DNA of 11,761 nucleotides from a virus (Duplodnaviria; Heunggongvirae; Uroviricota; Caudoviricetes): IMG/VR virus record IMGVR_UViG_2526164633_000030; one strand, 5' to 3'. Shown piece by piece: positions 9,201 to 11,761 of this stretch (position 1 is its first letter; each line of letters starts with the position of its first letter). The notes under the pieces were generated by a model. It saw only the letters and a program-made list of their open reading frames with translations, ran no database searches and was not told where the DNA came from. The position numbers and the translations under genes were made by a program.

Positions 9201-9718
9201 ATATCAGCGGAGCAATTACCGCGAATACCGGCACGCTCAATAATGTCACCATTAACGAGAACTGTGTCATCAGAGGGAAACTGTCTGCAAACCAGATTGA
9301 AGGCGACCTGGTGAAGACGGTGGGGAAAGCCTTTCCCCGGAATAACAGTTATGCCAGCGGGACGGTAACCGTCACAGTTTACGATGACCAGGGCTTCGAC
9401 CGGCAGATTATCATTCCCCCGGTGCTGTTTCGCGGGACGAAACACCAGAATTTCAACAGCCCGAATCAGCAGTCGTACTGGTATTCCACCTGTAAGCTGC
9501 AGGTGCTGAAGAACGGGGTTGAGATTTTCCATGAACCGGCAACGGATGTCAGCCGGGTGTTCTCATCGGTGATAGATATGCCGGCAGGGCGGGGTCATGT
9601 CACCCTGACGTTTAATGTGTCGTCGGCCGGTGCGAACAACTGGACGCCGACAACGTACATCAGTGATTTACTGGTTGTGGTCATGAAAAAATCCACGGCA
9701 GGGATCAGTATCAGCTGA
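6242..9718 (+). CDS. J: tail tip / host specificity protein J (gpJ-like), 1158 aa
   Basis: Uninterrupted 1158-aa ORF. AGAGGA at 6231-6236 lies 5 nt before the ATG. N-terminus [39 protein letters not shown]... and many internal blocks ([84 protein letters not shown]) match recalled lambda gpJ (1132 aa). Confidence 0.95.
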
Positions 9719-9737
9719 CGGTTTATTAACCCGGACG

Positions 9738-9761
9738 GGCACCTCAGGAGGTGCCTTTTTT
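9738..9761 (+). terminator. intrinsic terminator downstream of J
   Basis: GGCACC (9738-9743) / GGTGCC (9750-9755) stem with a short loop, followed directly by TTTTTT (9756-9761), 20 nt after the J stop. Confidence 0.8.
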
Positions 9762-9775
9762 ATTGACTGAAAACA

Positions 9776-9798
9776 AAGAGGTAATCATGCGGCATTTA
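9776..9798 (+). other. orphan translation start (RBS AAGAGG + ATG + 4 codons, MRHL) cut by the IS66 terminus
   Basis: AAGAGG at 9776-9781, 5-nt spacer, ATG at 9787-9789, then only 3 more codons before the GTAAGCG at 9799 that I take as the IS66 terminal inverted repeat. The identity of the interrupted gene cannot be determined from the window. Confidence 0.3.
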
Positions 9799-9828
9799 GT
9801 AAGCGGCTCGCCAGAACCGTATTGATAT

Positions 9829-11399
9829 TTACTGAGAGGTCAGATCAACTTTCCAGGGCAACAGATCGCGTACCCGGTTTGCCGGCCAATCCTGGATATG
9901 CTCAATGACGTAACGCAGCCATTTTTCTGGTTCCACATTGTTCAGACGGCATGTGCCGATCAGCGAGTACAACACCGCCGCATGTTCGCCACCGCTGTCG
10001 GAACCCGCGAACAGCCAGTTTTTCCGGCCTACGGCCACTCCCCGTAAGGCGTTCTCTGCGATGTTGTTGTCGATTTCCACCCAGCCATTACTGCAGTACA
10101 CGTTCAGGCCATCCCACTGTTTCAGCAGGTATGCGAACGCTTTTGCCGTATCCGAGTGACGCGACAGTGTTTTCATCTGAGTCTGTATCCAGTCATACAG
10201 TGACTGCATCAGTGGCGCAGCTCTGGCTTTTCTTGCCGCCAGACGCTGTTCTGCTGTACATCCCCGGACTTCTGCCTCTATGGCATACAGTTCACCGATA
10301 CGCTGCAGGGCTTCCGTGGTGATGTCGGTGGGCACTCTTGCATGCACATCGTGGATTTTTCTCCGGGCATGAGCCATACACGCGGCTTCCGTTATTCTGC
10401 CGGATTCGTATAACACCCGGTAACCACCGTAAGCATCGGCCTGAAGCACACCGCTGTAACCGGCCAGATGATTTTGTGGATGGATACCTTTCCGGTCCGG
10501 TGAGTACGCGAACCAGACCGCCGGGGGCATTTCCGAACCGGCGTTACGGTCATCACGGACGTAGACCCACAGCCGGGCGGCCGGGTTTTTACCGCTGCCC
10601 GGCTCCTGGACCGGACGGGGATATCATCAGCATGGACTTTACCGGGCATCAGCACATACTGGCGCAGGACGTCATACAGCGGCTCCAGCAGTTCAGCAAC
10701 GGCACCTGTCCAGCGCCCCAGCGTGGCGCGGCTCAGCTCCACGCCCTGGCGACGGTATATTTCTGACTGGCGGTATAACGGCAGATGGTCTGCATATTTC
10801 CCGGTAACAACATGGGCCAGAAGCCCCGCTCCGGCATAACTGCGTGCAATGGGTTTTGAAGGTACTGTTGCCTGCACGATATGGTCGCACCGACAACAGG
10901 CCAGTTTCGGACGTTGTGTTTCGATAACCTTAAAGGCGCTGCTGATAAGCTCCAGTTGCTCTGACACATCACACCCCAGAGGACTGAGGTCACCACCACA
11001 GGCCGGGCAGCATTCCTCTTCCGGCCGGATGACCCGGGTTTCACGGGGAAGTGAGGCCGGTAACGGTTTACGGGCTGAAGACTGGCGCAGGGCGGATGGC
11101 AGTACCGGGTCATATTGCTCACCCAGCGTTTCCGCCATTTCTTCCTGAAGTGCGCTGATTCGCTCCTGTGCTTCCTGTATCTGCCGTTCGGTTTTAGCGC
11201 GAAGTTTTTCTGAGCTTTTACCGAACTGCATGCGCTGCAGTTTCGCAACCAGCGCCTTCAGCCGGTTGATTTCGGAAGCATAAGCCGCCACCCGCTGTGA
11301 GAGCAGGCGGTTGTATTTCGCCATCTGGCGGATGGTGTCCTGTTGCGTCTGCAACAGTGCCCGCAGGCGGGCATTCTCATGAGCAAGTGAGGTGTCCAT
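9829..11399 (-). pseudogene. tnpC: IS66-family transposase (TnpC/Orf3-like), frameshifted near 10611-10614
   Basis: N-terminal part (MDTSLAHENARLRALLQTQQ...[18 protein letters not shown]) lies in one - frame and runs into non-protein-like sequence. The C-terminal part (...[43 protein letters not shown]...[16 protein letters not shown]) lies in the -1 frame. The two join cleanly if one G is restored in the run at 10611-10614. ATG at 11397-11399 with GAGG about 5 nt upstream. Confidence 0.8.
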
Positions 11400-11418
11400 A
11401 TCCTCACTTTACAACGGG

Positions 11419-11761
11419 TTATATGCGGATGCCAGCGCGTTCCGTTCGTTTCGGGTGCTTCCAGTCGATGCCTTCGAGAAGCATGGACAACTGAGCCGGA
11501 GTAAGGTGAACCTTTCCATCGCGGGTGACCGGCCAGACGAAGCGGCCCCGCTCCAGGCGTTTGGTGAAGAGGCACAGTCCGTCACTGTCAGCCCACAGCA
11601 CTTTTTATCTGGTCACCCCGGCGTCCGCGGAAGATGAACAGATGCCCGGAGAACGGGTCATCCTTCAGGACGTTCTGAACTTTTGAGGCCAGGCCGTTAA
11701 AGCCATTTCGCATATCGGTGATACCGGCAACCAGCCAGATACGCGAACCGGCAGGGAGAGA
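11419..11761 (-). pseudogene. tnpB: IS66-family TnpB/Orf2-like gene, start beyond window, frameshifted at the T5 run 11602-11606
   Basis: Reverse-strand translation from the window end gives SLPAGSRIWLVAGITDMRNGFNGLASKVQNVLKDDPFSGHLFIFRGRRGDQIK, then hits a stop. The +1 frame continues VLWADSDGLCLFTKRLERGRFVWPVTRDGKVHLTPAQLSMLLEGIDWKHPKRTERAGIRI to the stop at 11419-11421. Together these form one roughly 115-aa IS66 Orf2-like protein if the A5 run (T5 on +) is reduced to A4. Confidence 0.7.

Larger units (their letters stand above)
9799..11761 (-). mobile_element. IS66-family insertion sequence (ISEc8-like), partial; the tnpB start and tnpA lie beyond the window
   Basis: tnpB-like and tnpC-like genes on the - strand in the IS66 order. 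GTAAGCG at 9799-9805 lies 30 bp beyond the tnpC stop and reads inward; IS66-family termini typically begin 5'-GTAA. The right-hand boundary is outside the window, so the end coordinate is only the window edge. Confidence 0.6.

Noticed and set aside
9799-9828. Exact IS66 terminus and target-site duplication
   Set aside because: The GTAAGCG at 9799 fits the IS66-family terminal motif, but the other end of the element is outside the window. The 8-bp duplication and inverted-repeat pairing cannot be verified, so the boundary is reported as approximate only.
1-11761. CRISPR arrays, tRNA or rRNA genes, phage attachment sites, or a novel defence or toxin system
   Set aside because: There are no regularly spaced direct repeats and no cloverleaf-compatible conserved tRNA motifs. 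The three intergenic gaps (5391-5580, 6109-6241, 9719-9798) are short and are accounted for by terminators, RBS or promoter regions and the IS terminus. Every long ORF is explained by the lambda tail module, sodC or IS66.

Overview
This window is the tail-assembly module of a lambda-like (lambdoid siphovirus) prophage from an enterobacterial genome, followed by part of an IS66-family insertion sequence. Gene order on the + strand is G (last 13 codons) / T, H (tape measure), M, L, K, I, then a reverse-oriented periplasmic Cu,Zn superoxide dismutase gene (sodC) as cargo between I and J, then J (host-specificity protein), an intrinsic terminator, and the IS66 element (tnpC and tnpB on the - strand, running off the window end). 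I found no CRISPR array, tRNA, rRNA, or gap large enough to hold an unannotated multi-gene system, and I do not see a novel system here. Points worth a second look: (1) the sodC cargo gene with its own terminators; (2) the T reading frame is split across three frames by two apparent 1-bp deletions; (3) both IS66 genes carry +/-1 frameshifts at homopolymer runs; (4) the IS66 terminus sits four codons into a gene start just downstream of J; (5) the J C-terminal region differs from lambda J. All protein identifications rest on my recall of lambda and IS66-family protein sequences, not on a database search.
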